36,230 bases of DNA from a virus: positions 1 to 36,230 of the IMG/VR virus record IMGVR_UViG_3300045988_020353, one strand, 5' to 3'. The notes under the pieces were generated by a model that worked only from the letters and a program-made list of their open reading frames with translations, had not been told where the DNA came from and ran no database searches. Positions 6,830 to 15,484 of this stretch are shown here, piece after piece. A program made the position numbers and the translations under genes. Positions within the stretch are counted from its first letter, which is position 1. Each line of letters opens with the position of its first letter.

Positions 6830-6846
6830 TTAAAACCCCTAAAAAC

Positions 6847-8847
6847 ATGAAACCAATTTTTATAGATTTTGAAACTTATTCAAGCGAGGACATAAAGAGC
6901 GGCGGCGCGTACAGATATACGCAATCGCCCGACTTTGAAATACTTTTGATAGGTTATGCGATCGAAGATGGCGACGTTAATATTATAGATATGACACAGC
7001 CCGGAGCTATTATAAAGTTTGCCGCTTTTGTTCGTCTCATCTCGTTACCGCAATATACGATCGTAGCGCACAACGCGCAGTTTGAACGCCTGTGTTTGAA
7101 AGCATATAAGGTAAACATTCCCGCGGATCGCTTCATGTGTACCGCGACACTGGCGTTATATGCAGGATTCCCGGAGAGCTTGGGAAACCTTTCCAAGGCT
7201 CTCGACTTGACAGAAGGCAAGAAGGGTACAGGGATAGCCCTTATAAAATTCTTCTGTCAACTTCAAAAGCCCACTAAATCGAACCCGGAAGAGTACCGTA
7301 ATTATTCGAAAGACTTTCCCGATAAATGGGAGGAATTTATGGACTATCTAAGATATGACGTCTTATCAGAGCGTGAAGCACTAGGACGCCTAGATTATTG
7401 CAATTTCCCACAGTCGGAAATAGAACTGTATAAACTGGATCAGGACATTAATGACAACGGAATACATATCGACATGGAACTTGCAGAAAGAGCGGAAGCC
7501 CTAAACGACGAATATTGCGAAGGACTAAAGAACGATATAAAGACAAAGTATGGTATTTCATCCCTGAAATCAACGATCCAACTAAAAGACTTTGTAATGA
7601 TCCAAACCGGAAAGAACTATGATTCATTCCGCAAAGAGGACATAGACGCTATCATAGCCGAGTGCGATAATGAGCGCGTAGACGAGGTTTTGAACGCCCG
7701 GAAGATCATAAACAAGACGAGCAACGCCAAATATACCGCGATGCGCAATTGCGTGTGCTTCGACGGACGTGTACACGGCTTATATAGATTTTACGGCGCG
7801 GGGCGTACTGGCAGATGGGCGGGGAGGTTGGTGCAAATGCAGAATTTACCGCGTAACTACATACACGATTTAGACGGCGCACGCGAGAACGCTAAACACT
7901 TTTGTCTGGCTGACTTCGAAACGTTTTGGGGAAATGTGCCTGACACGTTATCGCAGCTTATCAGAACAACGTTTGTAGCACCGGAGGGCACTACATTCCA
8001 TATCGCCGACTATTCCGCTATCGAAGCGCGCGTACTGGCTTGTCTTTGCCGTGAAGAGTGGCGCATAGACGCTTTTAAGCATAGTAAGGACATTTACGCC
8101 GTTTCCGCCAGTATGACGTTTGGGCTACCCGTGGAAGAGTGCGGAAAAGGTACTCATTACCGCCAGCAGGGTAAGGTAACCGAGCTTGCATTAGGGTATG
8201 GTGGCTGGGTCGGTGCTATGTCTGCAATGGACTATGAAAACGCTATAGACCCGTCGCTGTACAAGGATATTATATTGCGGTGGCGTGACGCTTCTCCGCG
8301 CATCGTAGAATTTTGGGAGGCGCTGGATAGTCGGGCTAAACTCTGTATCAGGAACAAAAAGGACGTGGAGGTTATCCGGTACGGCGTACACGTTTGTACA
8401 TTTCAATGGTTTAAAGAAAACAATTCCCTAGCAATTTTATTACCTTCGGGCCGTCGTTTGTTTTACCCGTTTTGCCGGATCGCCACAAAAAGCGTGAACG
8501 GACGAGACAGGGAGGTTATAACATACAAAGGTCAAGACCTCACGGGCAAATGGGCGGACTTAGATACATACGGCGGAAAGCTAACCGAAAATATAACACA
8601 GGCTATCAGCCGCGACCTTTTGGCATATGGTATGCAGACAATTGTACAACGTTATCCTATGGTTAAAATCGTGGGACATATCCACGACGAAACGGTAAAC
8701 GAAACGCCTTTAGATGATTTTGGAGACCCGGTTGTTTCGCTGGATGAAATTTGTACAGCTATGGCAGCTACACCAAAATGGGCGGAAGTTTTCGGTATTC
8801 CGCTAAAGGCAGAAGGATTCACTAGTAATTATTATAAGAAAGATTAA
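6847..8847 (+). CDS. Family A DNA polymerase with N-terminal 3'-5' exonuclease domain (666 aa)
   Basis: ExoI IFIDFETYS; motif A IADYSAIEARVLA; motif B RQQGKVTELALGYGG; motif C GHIHDE. Start moved to ATG 6847 (MKPIF...) because the track's GTG at 6799 lies inside the terminator hairpin. Confidence 0.92.
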   Translation: MKPIFIDFETYSSEDIKSGGAYRYTQSPDFEILLIGYAIEDGDVNIIDMTQPGAIIKFAAFVRLISLPQYTIVAHNAQFERLCLKAYKVNIPADRFMCTATLALYAGFPESLGNLSKALDLTEGKKGTGIALIKFFCQLQKPTKSNPEEYRNYSKDFPDKWEEFMDYLRYDVLSEREALGRLDYCNFPQSEIELYKLDQDINDNGIHIDMELAERAEALNDEYCEGLKNDIKTKYGISSLKSTIQLKDFVMIQTGKNYDSFRKEDIDAIIAECDNERVDEVLNARKIINKTSNAKYTAMRNCVCFDGRVHGLYRFYGAGRTGRWAGRLVQMQNLPRNYIHDLDGARENAKHFCLADFETFWGNVPDTLSQLIRTTFVAPEGTTFHIADYSAIEARVLACLCREEWRIDAFKHSKDIYAVSASMTFGLPVEECGKGTHYRQQGKVTELALGYGGWVGAMSAMDYENAIDPSLYKDIILRWRDASPRIVEFWEALDSRAKLCIRNKKDVEVIRYGVHVCTFQWFKENNSLAILLPSGRRLFYPFCRIATKSVNGRDREVITYKGQDLTGKWADLDTYGGKLTENITQAISRDLLAYGMQTIVQRYPMVKIVGHIHDETVNETPLDDFGDPVVSLDEICTAMAATPKWAEVFGIPLKAEGFTSNYYKKD

Positions 8848-8852
8848 TTAAC

Positions 8853-11243
8853 ATGGAAAAATACACCTTATCACTTGCAGGTTCTTCAGCGTCTCTGAAA
8901 TGGAAGGCGGTGCGCCTCACATGGGACGATTTTGTAAAACGTTTAGGTACGCCCGTTATCACTAACGAAACGGTACGCGAGTACGATAAACTGGATAAGC
9001 CCGCCAAATCGTCTTTGAAAGACGTAGGCGGATTCATGGCTGGCGAGCTTTCAGGATCGCAACGCCTGAAAAAGGCAGTTATGTCTCGTACAATGATAAC
9101 GCTGGACATTGACTTTGCCGATGATCTTTTCCCGATAGACTTTGAGGATCGTTTTCACGGATATGCAGCGGTTATATATACAACGCGTTCGGATAGACCG
9201 GGCGCGCGCCGTTACCGTCTTATCATGCCTTTCAAAGAAGAGGTTACTGACGTGGTTATGTACGAGGCGGCAGCGCGTAAAGTAGCCGAGTTGTTAGGTA
9301 TTGATCTATTCGATAAAACAACGTTTCAGCCGGAACGTATGATGTACTGGCAATCTCTTTCCAAAGATCAAACCGGGCTTTTCGAAGTGTTTGCTGGCGA
9401 GCCGATAGAAGCCGAGTATCTAATAGGTTTGTATGGAGACAATGAAGAATGGCGCGACGTGCGCAACTGGGCTTTCCATTCAGAAGTAGACCGCGACACC
9501 CGCGCGATCATTAGTAAGGAAATGGCGAAAGACCCTAGAGACAAAGAGGGCTTAGTAGGCGCGTTTTGCCGCTCGTACACGATACAGGCAGCAATAGAAA
9601 AATACCTACCGGACGTTTACACGGAGGTAGACAACGGGCGTTATACATACGCGCTTGGATCGGGTGCAGCGGGTTTAGTTGTGTATGATGACGTACTCTG
9701 TTTTTCCCACCACTCAACCGACCCGATCGGAGACGGACACGCTTATAACGCCTATGATCTCGTACGGGTGCACAAGTTCGGACACCTAGGCAAAGAAGAT
9801 AGCAACCGGGAAATGAACAAGCTAATTTGCGCCGATAAAGAATGTGTTAAGGATATGGTATCGCTTGACGACGACCTAGCCGACTTCGAAGAATACACGG
9901 ACGAGGTTAAGAGCGACGCGCAGACCGCCGAGGAACTGGTTTGGGACTTGGATAAAAAAGGTGATAAATTGTGTACCGTTCGCAACTTCGTTAATGCTTT
10001 CAAGTGTGATCCACTATTAAACGATCTGTTAGCATACGACTTGTTCCTAGACACGATCGTGTACACCCGTACGCCGTTCTTCTCGAAGGACATCAAGAAG
10101 GGTGATATGCTGGACGATACTGCCGTAGCGATTATCCGTGGACGTATAGAGGATTTGCATGGTATTTACAACGACAGCAAATTAAACGACGCGCTGGAAA
10201 AGGTTTGCAGCGAAAACGCTTTTCACCCTATCAAGAAGTATCTAGAGGCACAAAGATGGGACGGCGTGAAACGTATTGATAATTTTTTGGTTGACTACAT
10301 GGGTGCGAAGCCTAGTATATACGTTTCCGAGGCGTTCCGTAAAATGATGGTTGCCGCTGTTACTAGAGTTTATGAGCCGGGCCGCAAATTCGATACGGCT
10401 TTGGTTATGTATTCAGGACAGGGCGCAGGAAAGTCCACGCTTATACAGTCCCTTTCAAAAGGTTGGTTTAATGATTCATTAACCGACATATCCGGGCAAA
10501 AAGCATACGAAGCGATACAGCACGCTTGGATCGTAGAGCTAGCCGAGTTATCAGCCCTTCGCCGCTCGGACGTGGAAGCCACAAAGAACTTTATCAGCAA
10601 GCGGGAAGATACATATCGTAGCGCATACGCCCGCCGCGTCAAGACACACAGGCGTCAATGTGTGTTCTTCGGGTCTACCAATGACGATGAGTTTTTGAAG
10701 GACAAGACCGGAAACCGCCGTTTCTTTCCGATCGAGGTATGCGCCAACAAAAACACACACAAGCTGTTTGAAAAGTCTTTTGAGGCGGTGGTAGACCAAC
10801 TTTGGGCGGAAGCAATGGAGCTGTACATGTTGGGTGAAAGCCTTGTTTTGTCTGACGAAGCCGAAGCGATCGCCAACGAAGGCCGCGAGGAATTTACAGA
10901 AGAAAGCCCGCTAGTAGGTATTATAGAAAACTACGTAGATAAGCTTTTCCCAGCCGACTATGAAGACCGCACCGAACAACAACGCGCTGACTTCTTGGCC
11001 GGATCACTGGAAGAAGAGGGAACGGTTCAAAAAAATACGTTCTGTTTGATGGAGCTTTGGGTCGATGCACTGGGACGCCGGAAAGAAGATTATACAAGCG
11101 CGAAGGGGCGCGAACTGGCAACAGCTATGAGACAGTTAGGCGGATGGTACAAAGGAAAGTTAAAAAGAACAAAATTATATGGTCAACAAGTAGTTTATAT
11201 CCGTAAAGGTAGCGAGGAAAGCAAAAAATTACTATCTTTGTGA
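8853..11243 (+). CDS. Primase-helicase, VirE (virulence-associated protein E) family P-loop NTPase with N-terminal primase-like domain (796 aa)
   Basis: Walker A MYSGQGAGKSTLIQSL, VirE-typical TGNRRFFPIEV, N-terminal ITLDIDF acidic motif. Follows PolA as in DUF2800-type replication modules. Confidence 0.85.
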   Translation: MEKYTLSLAGSSASLKWKAVRLTWDDFVKRLGTPVITNETVREYDKLDKPAKSSLKDVGGFMAGELSGSQRLKKAVMSRTMITLDIDFADDLFPIDFEDRFHGYAAVIYTTRSDRPGARRYRLIMPFKEEVTDVVMYEAAARKVAELLGIDLFDKTTFQPERMMYWQSLSKDQTGLFEVFAGEPIEAEYLIGLYGDNEEWRDVRNWAFHSEVDRDTRAIISKEMAKDPRDKEGLVGAFCRSYTIQAAIEKYLPDVYTEVDNGRYTYALGSGAAGLVVYDDVLCFSHHSTDPIGDGHAYNAYDLVRVHKFGHLGKEDSNREMNKLICADKECVKDMVSLDDDLADFEEYTDEVKSDAQTAEELVWDLDKKGDKLCTVRNFVNAFKCDPLLNDLLAYDLFLDTIVYTRTPFFSKDIKKGDMLDDTAVAIIRGRIEDLHGIYNDSKLNDALEKVCSENAFHPIKKYLEAQRWDGVKRIDNFLVDYMGAKPSIYVSEAFRKMMVAAVTRVYEPGRKFDTALVMYSGQGAGKSTLIQSLSKGWFNDSLTDISGQKAYEAIQHAWIVELAELSALRRSDVEATKNFISKREDTYRSAYARRVKTHRRQCVFFGSTNDDEFLKDKTGNRRFFPIEVCANKNTHKLFEKSFEAVVDQLWAEAMELYMLGESLVLSDEAEAIANEGREEFTEESPLVGIIENYVDKLFPADYEDRTEQQRADFLAGSLEEEGTVQKNTFCLMELWVDALGRRKEDYTSAKGRELATAMRQLGGWYKGKLKRTKLYGQQVVYIRKGSEESKKLLSL

Positions 11244-11302
11244 TACAAAACTTTCTTTTCTAATTTTTAAGGTTAATACTTTTAGGGTGGTTTTTCAGTT
11301 AA

Positions 11303-11339
11303 AAAGGCTTTCGTAGTGATACGCGAGCCTTTATTTTTG
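11303..11339 (+). terminator. Probable intrinsic terminator after the primase-helicase gene
   Basis: AAAGGCT..(imperfect inner stem, loop TAGTGATA)..AGCCTTT followed by ATTTTTGT. Confidence 0.55.
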
Positions 11340-11350
11340 TTAATATTTCA

Positions 11351-11399
11351 AAGTTTTTTCCGAAAACATTTGGTAGTTCAAAATAAAGACGTACCTTTG
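11351..11399 (+). promoter_or_regulatory. Early promoter P2: -33 TTTG 11369-11372, 19-nt spacer, -7 TACCTTTG 11392-11399
   Basis: 45/49 nt identical to P1 (3743-3791). Lies 25 nt upstream of the ATG at 11424. Confidence 0.8.
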
Positions 11400-11423
11400 C
11401 TTTCACAATAACCAATTAAAGAT

Positions 11424-11606
11424 ATGAAAGTACAAGCCTATTTAAAGAACCACAGCAAAAACGAGTTTTACATTAAACCGTTGAAAAAAGGATATTACGC
11501 CGTTATGGACGGTTACGATAAAAGTATGGCGTCTTTGGAAATATCAGAAGAAGCCGCTATAAATAAGATGAACGAGTTGAACCAATTAAGAAACGGAAGA
11601 GTGTGA
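11424..11606 (+). CDS. Hypothetical small protein (60 aa)
   Basis: ORF track. First gene after P2. Its stop overlaps the next start. Confidence 0.6.
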   Translation: MKVQAYLKNHSKNEFYIKPLKKGYYAVMDGYDKSMASLEISEEAAINKMNELNQLRNGRV

Positions 11607-11893
11607 AAACTAACAAAGGAGAACTAAGCGAGGCGGATTTAAAAGCCCGCCGCCGCTTCTGGAACAAGAAAGGATTTTTCGGGGAACCTACGAAGAAAGA
11701 ATTAGAACGTAGATCTATGAAAATGCAGAAACTAGTTAAAGCGCTGAAAACCTTTTCTATTGAAGAAGTTACAAAAATACGCGCTACAGAATATCCGGGT
11801 AAATTCTTCACCAATGATATGTATGCCGTATGGCGCGCTAGCAAATCAGATTTTAATCACGCAATATCAACCTTTAAAATTTTTAGATCATGA
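11603..11893 (+). CDS. Hypothetical basic protein (96 aa, GTG start; an internal ATG start is possible)
   Basis: ORF track. GTGA overlap with the upstream stop and ATGA overlap with the downstream start. Confidence 0.55.
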   Translation: MKTNKGELSEADLKARRRFWNKKGFFGEPTKKELERRSMKMQKLVKALKTFSIEEVTKIRATEYPGKFFTNDMYAVWRASKSDFNHAISTFKIFRS

Positions 11894-12033
11894 AACAATA
11901 TGAGGTAATTTATGGAAACGCCAATTGGCGATCACGGATCGGTGTATGGGCGAAGAGCGTTAAAGACGCTAGACGCCAAGTAAAGGAGAACTTGAAAAAC
12001 GGGTTATCAATCATTAAAATTATAGAGTTATGA
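11890..12033 (+). CDS. Hypothetical small protein (47 aa)
   Basis: Hand translation: MKQYEVIYGNANWRSRIGVWAKSVKDARRQVKENLKNGLSIIKIIEL. ATGA overlaps at both ends. Below the ORF-track cut-off. Confidence 0.5.
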   Translation: MKQYEVIYGNANWRSRIGVWAKSVKDARRQVKENLKNGLSIIKIIEL

Positions 12034-12116
12034 AACAATTTGTAGTTTACACTTTTTGGGCGATCCTGTTTGTATTATTCATTTTATTATGTTGCGAGCC
12101 AACAACACGCGTATGA
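12030..12116 (+). CDS. Hydrophobic micro-protein (28 aa), single TM or lipoprotein-signal-like
   Basis: Hand translation: MKQFVVYTFWAILFVLFILLCCEPTTRV. ATGA overlaps at both ends keep the coupling chain unbroken. Confidence 0.4.
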   Translation: MKQFVVYTFWAILFVLFILLCCEPTTRV

Positions 12117-12322
12117 TACAGATATTGAAAGCAGTGATTATAACGACGGACTGTGTTATAATACAGGACTACACAAAAGTCCAAGATGGTTTAGGTGTGT
12201 ATGCCGTATCAGACATTGAATCGGAAAGGCAGTATATCGCAGATTGTCAGACCCTGGCGGGATTTACGGTTAAGCGAGTTGACTTAACGTATGTAACGTA
12301 TGTAAAGGAGGAGACTAAATGA
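12113..12322 (+). CDS. Hypothetical small protein (69 aa)
   Basis: ORF-track frame 12056-12322 trimmed to ATG 12113 (MIQILKAV...), which overlaps the upstream stop as ATGA. Confidence 0.55.
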   Translation: MIQILKAVIITTDCVIIQDYTKVQDGLGVYAVSDIESERQYIADCQTLAGFTVKRVDLTYVTYVKEETK

Positions 12323-13236
12323 CATATTATCCATTTAAACTTATAAAATTTTATTGTATGGAAAGTAAAGAACAAAGTTTTAAAAACCAAATCATTAAAG
12401 ATTTAAGAGCTGGGAATTTGTCCCGTAACCTAATTAAAATAATATTAGGAGATGGCGCATTACGTCTAAGACGTAGCCAAGTAGATGTTATATGTGAGTG
12501 GATGGTTCAGAATACAAACGCGTGGAGGGTGGTAATAGATGACAAGGGTACTGTGGTAGTATTTTCGCATACTCCATTCCGCCCGGAGGACTGGGACAAC
12601 GTAGAGGACTATAAACACGTTCTTCGCCAAATGTTCGGAGACTTCGGAACGAAGGATTTTTTAAACCGTAGGTGTTCTATGATGGAATCATATGGGATAA
12701 GAATGAACTTAAAAGACCTTGGAACGATGGAAGAAGCTCCACAGGCGGCAGTGTATGAATATGTGCGCATGGTGTTTGGAGATGAGAAAGTGTTAGCTAT
12801 GGTACTAGAGGTCAACGATAACAACGAGAAGTTAGTAGCGATCCTATCAGGCACAGGGAAAGGGCAAAAGTACTGGGTTACAAGTACCAAGGAAATGGAA
12901 GTAGTTCCTGACGACGTGGCGATATCCGAGCTAGTCCGGCTAAAGGAGGAATGGAAGAACAAGAAGCGCGAGGAAGCCATAGCGAAACGGCGCGAAGAGC
13001 TTTGCGAGAAGTACGGCAATATCAGACCCGGAACGTATTTAAGAGCACAAAACTCTCTTTATATCGTGGATTCCGTAGACATGGAGGACGGCACGGCAAA
13101 GTGTGTTAGGTTGGTGGATTTAGGGATTAACTTCCCGGCGAACGAGAAATGTGTTTTGCATTTAGAGAACGGGTTTAAAATAGCAACGCCGGAAGAAGTG
13201 GCAAAAATTTTATTAAAAGAATATAGCAATGAGTAA
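12319..13236 (+). CDS. Hypothetical protein (305 aa), the largest orphan of the early region
   Basis: ORF track. ATGA overlap upstream. Charged helix KEEWKNKKREEAIAKRREEL, then a small beta-rich C-terminal domain. No motif recognised. Confidence 0.7.
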   Translation: MTYYPFKLIKFYCMESKEQSFKNQIIKDLRAGNLSRNLIKIILGDGALRLRRSQVDVICEWMVQNTNAWRVVIDDKGTVVVFSHTPFRPEDWDNVEDYKHVLRQMFGDFGTKDFLNRRCSMMESYGIRMNLKDLGTMEEAPQAAVYEYVRMVFGDEKVLAMVLEVNDNNEKLVAILSGTGKGQKYWVTSTKEMEVVPDDVAISELVRLKEEWKNKKREEAIAKRREELCEKYGNIRPGTYLRAQNSLYIVDSVDMEDGTAKCVRLVDLGINFPANEKCVLHLENGFKIATPEEVAKILLKEYSNE

Positions 13237-13498
13237 CAAGAAGAAATTAAAGTCTCGCGATGGAGCAACCCGGATAACACCGGACAAAAGTACAGGTGAA
13301 TTTTGCGGGCTGTACAAGCTGCAAATGTATACTAAGGATACCCTATCGTGGAGCGATTTAGAAGGGTGCACCGGTCTGACATGGACGGAAGCAACAACAG
13401 CCCGGAAGAATTACGTAGCGTTACGGAAAGCGTGCAAAGTGGCAAATGGCGCGAGCCTGCATATTAACGTACCTGCAAATGAAGTCTACGGAAACTAG
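13229..13498 (+). CDS. Hypothetical protein (89 aa)
   Basis: ORF track. 8-nt overlap with the upstream gene. Confidence 0.55.
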   Translation: MSNKKKLKSRDGATRITPDKSTGEFCGLYKLQMYTKDTLSWSDLEGCTGLTWTEATTARKNYVALRKACKVANGASLHINVPANEVYGN

Positions 13499-13787
13499 CG
13501 AGAAGGTATTCGAGCGTACTATGTCTAAGTACGTCGAGAATAAAGGAGGGATGGCGGTTAAACTGCTATCCCAATTTATTAACGGTTTGCCGGATCGAAT
13601 GTACTTGTTACCGGGCGGGACGGTTATCTTTGTTGAGTTCAAGTCTACGGGCTGCAAGCCTAGACCGATACAGCGCGTTATACTGGATCGGATCGCCGCG
13701 CTTGACTTCAACGTACGCGTAGTGTCGAACCCGGACGAATACAATGATCTGAAGGACTTGATAGATTTTTATGTTAACGGGCGTTAA
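13479..13787 (+). CDS. VRR-NUC domain nuclease (about 102 aa; start could be 13446)
   Basis: GLPDRMYLLPGGTVIFVEFKSTGCKPRPIQRVILDRIAALD matches the VRR-NUC pattern G-x-PD ... E-x-K ... Q. Confidence 0.8.
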   Translation: MKSTETSEKVFERTMSKYVENKGGMAVKLLSQFINGLPDRMYLLPGGTVIFVEFKSTGCKPRPIQRVILDRIAALDFNVRVVSNPDEYNDLKDLIDFYVNGR

Positions 13788-13832
13788 CTATGAGCGCTTA
13801 ATGCAAATCAAAGTTAAGAGTTTACCCTATAT

Positions 13833-13863
13833 TTTGGTAGTATGAAAAGAACCCGTATCTTTG
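13833..13863 (+). promoter_or_regulatory. Early promoter P3: -33 TTTG 13833-13836, 19-nt spacer, -7 TATCTTTG 13856-13863
   Basis: Consensus match. Shares TTTGGTAGT...CGTA.CTTTG with P1 and P2. Confidence 0.7.
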
Positions 13864-13902
13864 AAATGTCAAAAGGAAATAATCACTTAAAAATTAAAGA
13901 AT

Positions 13903-14094
13903 ATGGAAATTAAAGATGTGAAAATTAACAGATACGCGTGGTTACTTAAGGTTGTTGATCATTCAGAACCGGAGCTTAAGATTAGTTATATAGACCTGTA
14001 CGGATTAACAGAGGGTGAAGCCGTAGCAAAGGTACACGAGATAAAGAATAAATCTCTACAGTGTAAATTATACAGGCTATACGTAGTTATATAA
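13903..14094 (+). CDS. Hypothetical small protein (63 aa)
   Basis: ORF track. First gene after P3. Confidence 0.55.
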   Translation: MEIKDVKINRYAWLLKVVDHSEPELKISYIDLYGLTEGEAVAKVHEIKNKSLQCKLYRLYVVI

Positions 14095-14115
14095 ACAAGA
14101 AGAATTTAATTAACC

Positions 14116-14150
14116 TGGGCGGGTAACACCGCCCACAACACCCAAAAGAT
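14116..14150 (+). promoter_or_regulatory. Conserved hairpin plus leader element, copy 1: (T)GGGCGG-GTAACA-CCGCCC(A) followed by ACAACACCCAAAAGAT, then ATG
   Basis: Direct reading. It has a paralogous copy at 14359-14394 with compensatory stem changes. Confidence 0.75.
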
Positions 14151-14351
14151 ATGAATAAGCAAAATAACACCTACGTAGTCTATGACTGCAACGGAAACAA
14201 TACAGGAGTGAGCTATCAGGCGAGTAATAAAGCCGAAGCCATGAAACTATTTAAAGCTGATACCGCGAATTACAGAAAGTACGGTTACTACGGAAAGTTA
14301 GCAAGATGGTACGACGGAGGCGTTTACGGATCAACAGGAAAAATTTATTAA
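14151..14351 (+). CDS. Hypothetical small protein (66 aa), Tyr/Gly-rich C-terminus
   Basis: ORF track. Starts directly after hairpin element copy 1. Confidence 0.6.
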   Translation: MNKQNNTYVVYDCNGNNTGVSYQASNKAEAMKLFKADTANYRKYGYYGKLARWYDGGVYGSTGKIY

Positions 14352-14358
14352 ATAAACC

Positions 14359-14394
14359 CGGCGGGGTAACACCCGCCACAACACCCAAAAGAAA
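14359..14394 (+). promoter_or_regulatory. Conserved hairpin plus leader element, copy 2: GGCGGG-GTAACA-CCCGCC followed by ACAACACCCAAAAGAAA, then ATG
   Basis: Direct reading. The loop GTAACA and the 15-nt tail ACAACACCCAAAAGA are identical to copy 1. The stem differs at two positions on each arm, and pairing is preserved. Confidence 0.75.
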
Positions 14395-14622
14395 ATGAAA
14401 GAAAAAGTTTTAATCATTGGCAGACCCGGAACGGGTAAAACCAATTTAGGAAATGTGCTATCCGAGTTAATGAATTACAATTTAGTGGATGAAGTTCCAT
14501 CGGCGCAGTGGCTATTCGTAAATGCCGAACCGAGAACGATATACGTGTCAAACAGTATAACAAGGGCAGAAGCCACCCTGTATCTAAGGAATTTCACAGT
14601 AATCGCAGTATCAAACTTATAA
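14395..14622 (+). CDS. Miniature P-loop protein (75 aa) with Walker A and a Walker-B-like motif
   Basis: LIIGRPGTGKTN (GxxxxGKT) and YNLVDE. Far shorter than any complete NTPase fold. Confidence 0.6.
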   Translation: MKEKVLIIGRPGTGKTNLGNVLSELMNYNLVDEVPSAQWLFVNAEPRTIYVSNSITRAEATLYLRNFTVIAVSNL

Positions 14623-14634
14623 AAATTAGAAATC

Positions 14635-15066
14635 ATGAAAAAGTTAATCAGTATTTTAGCAGTAGTTTTATTATCAGTTAGCGCAATGGCGCAAGTATCA
14701 ACCGCAAGTGGAAGCCTAAAGACACTTAAGTCTTTCCGTCTGGGAACATGTAAGATCGTGGAAGTCACGAAAGGCGATGCAGTGACGTATCAGATCACCG
14801 GACAACTAGCCGGAACTAGTTCCCTGGAAATGGATATTGATCTAGGCGACGCGGATAAAGCCATTAAGACACTTTTAAGCCTAGCCGAGTACAAACCATC
14901 AAGTAGCAACGAGATAGTACACCTTAATAACCCGGCAGGGCATACCGCACGTTTCCCGAAGATGGCGGGCGTATGGCAGATATTCAGCCCGGGCAATCAG
15001 TTCACGGTTAACATCTCGCGTAGCGAGCTTAAGAAGATGGCGGAAGCGATAACTAATAATAAGTAA
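14635..15066 (+). CDS. Secreted protein with a cleavable type I signal peptide (143 aa)
   Basis: MKKLISILAVVLLSVSAMA/QVS: n-h-c regions with an AxA site and no lipobox Cys. Confidence 0.7.
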   Translation: MKKLISILAVVLLSVSAMAQVSTASGSLKTLKSFRLGTCKIVEVTKGDAVTYQITGQLAGTSSLEMDIDLGDADKAIKTLLSLAEYKPSSSNEIVHLNNPAGHTARFPKMAGVWQIFSPGNQFTVNISRSELKKMAEAITNNK

Positions 15067-15070
15067 GATC

Positions 15071-15484
15071 ATGGAAGTATATAGAAACAACAACGGGCAA
15101 TTACTCAAAGTAACAAAAGCCCAAAACGGACGGATCATAGCAAAGTGTGGAAATGAAACGAAGAGTTTCGAGAATGAAAAGCAATTTAACGTGCACCTGT
15201 ATAACAAAGGCTTTCACCTTGCAATGACAGATCGAGCCACAATGTTTGCCCGCCGATACGAAGAAGCCGGGGACTTATCAACGTTTATTGATATGATCCC
15301 CCACAAAGAGCTAGCCTTTCAGAAAGACGGGTCAATTTACACATGCTGGTTCTTAGCGTTCAAGCCTAACGGCATGGTAGAGGTTAAGGCTAATACGGAT
15401 TTCTCGTACACGAACGAGCTAGGATATAAGGCCGTGACGTTGAACATTTCAGATTTAATCGTAATTCAGGGAGGGATCGAATAA
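15071..15484 (+). CDS. Hypothetical protein (137 aa)
   Basis: ORF track. Tightly packed in the operon. Confidence 0.6.
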   Translation: MEVYRNNNGQLLKVTKAQNGRIIAKCGNETKSFENEKQFNVHLYNKGFHLAMTDRATMFARRYEEAGDLSTFIDMIPHKELAFQKDGSIYTCWFLAFKPNGMVEVKANTDFSYTNELGYKAVTLNISDLIVIQGGIE

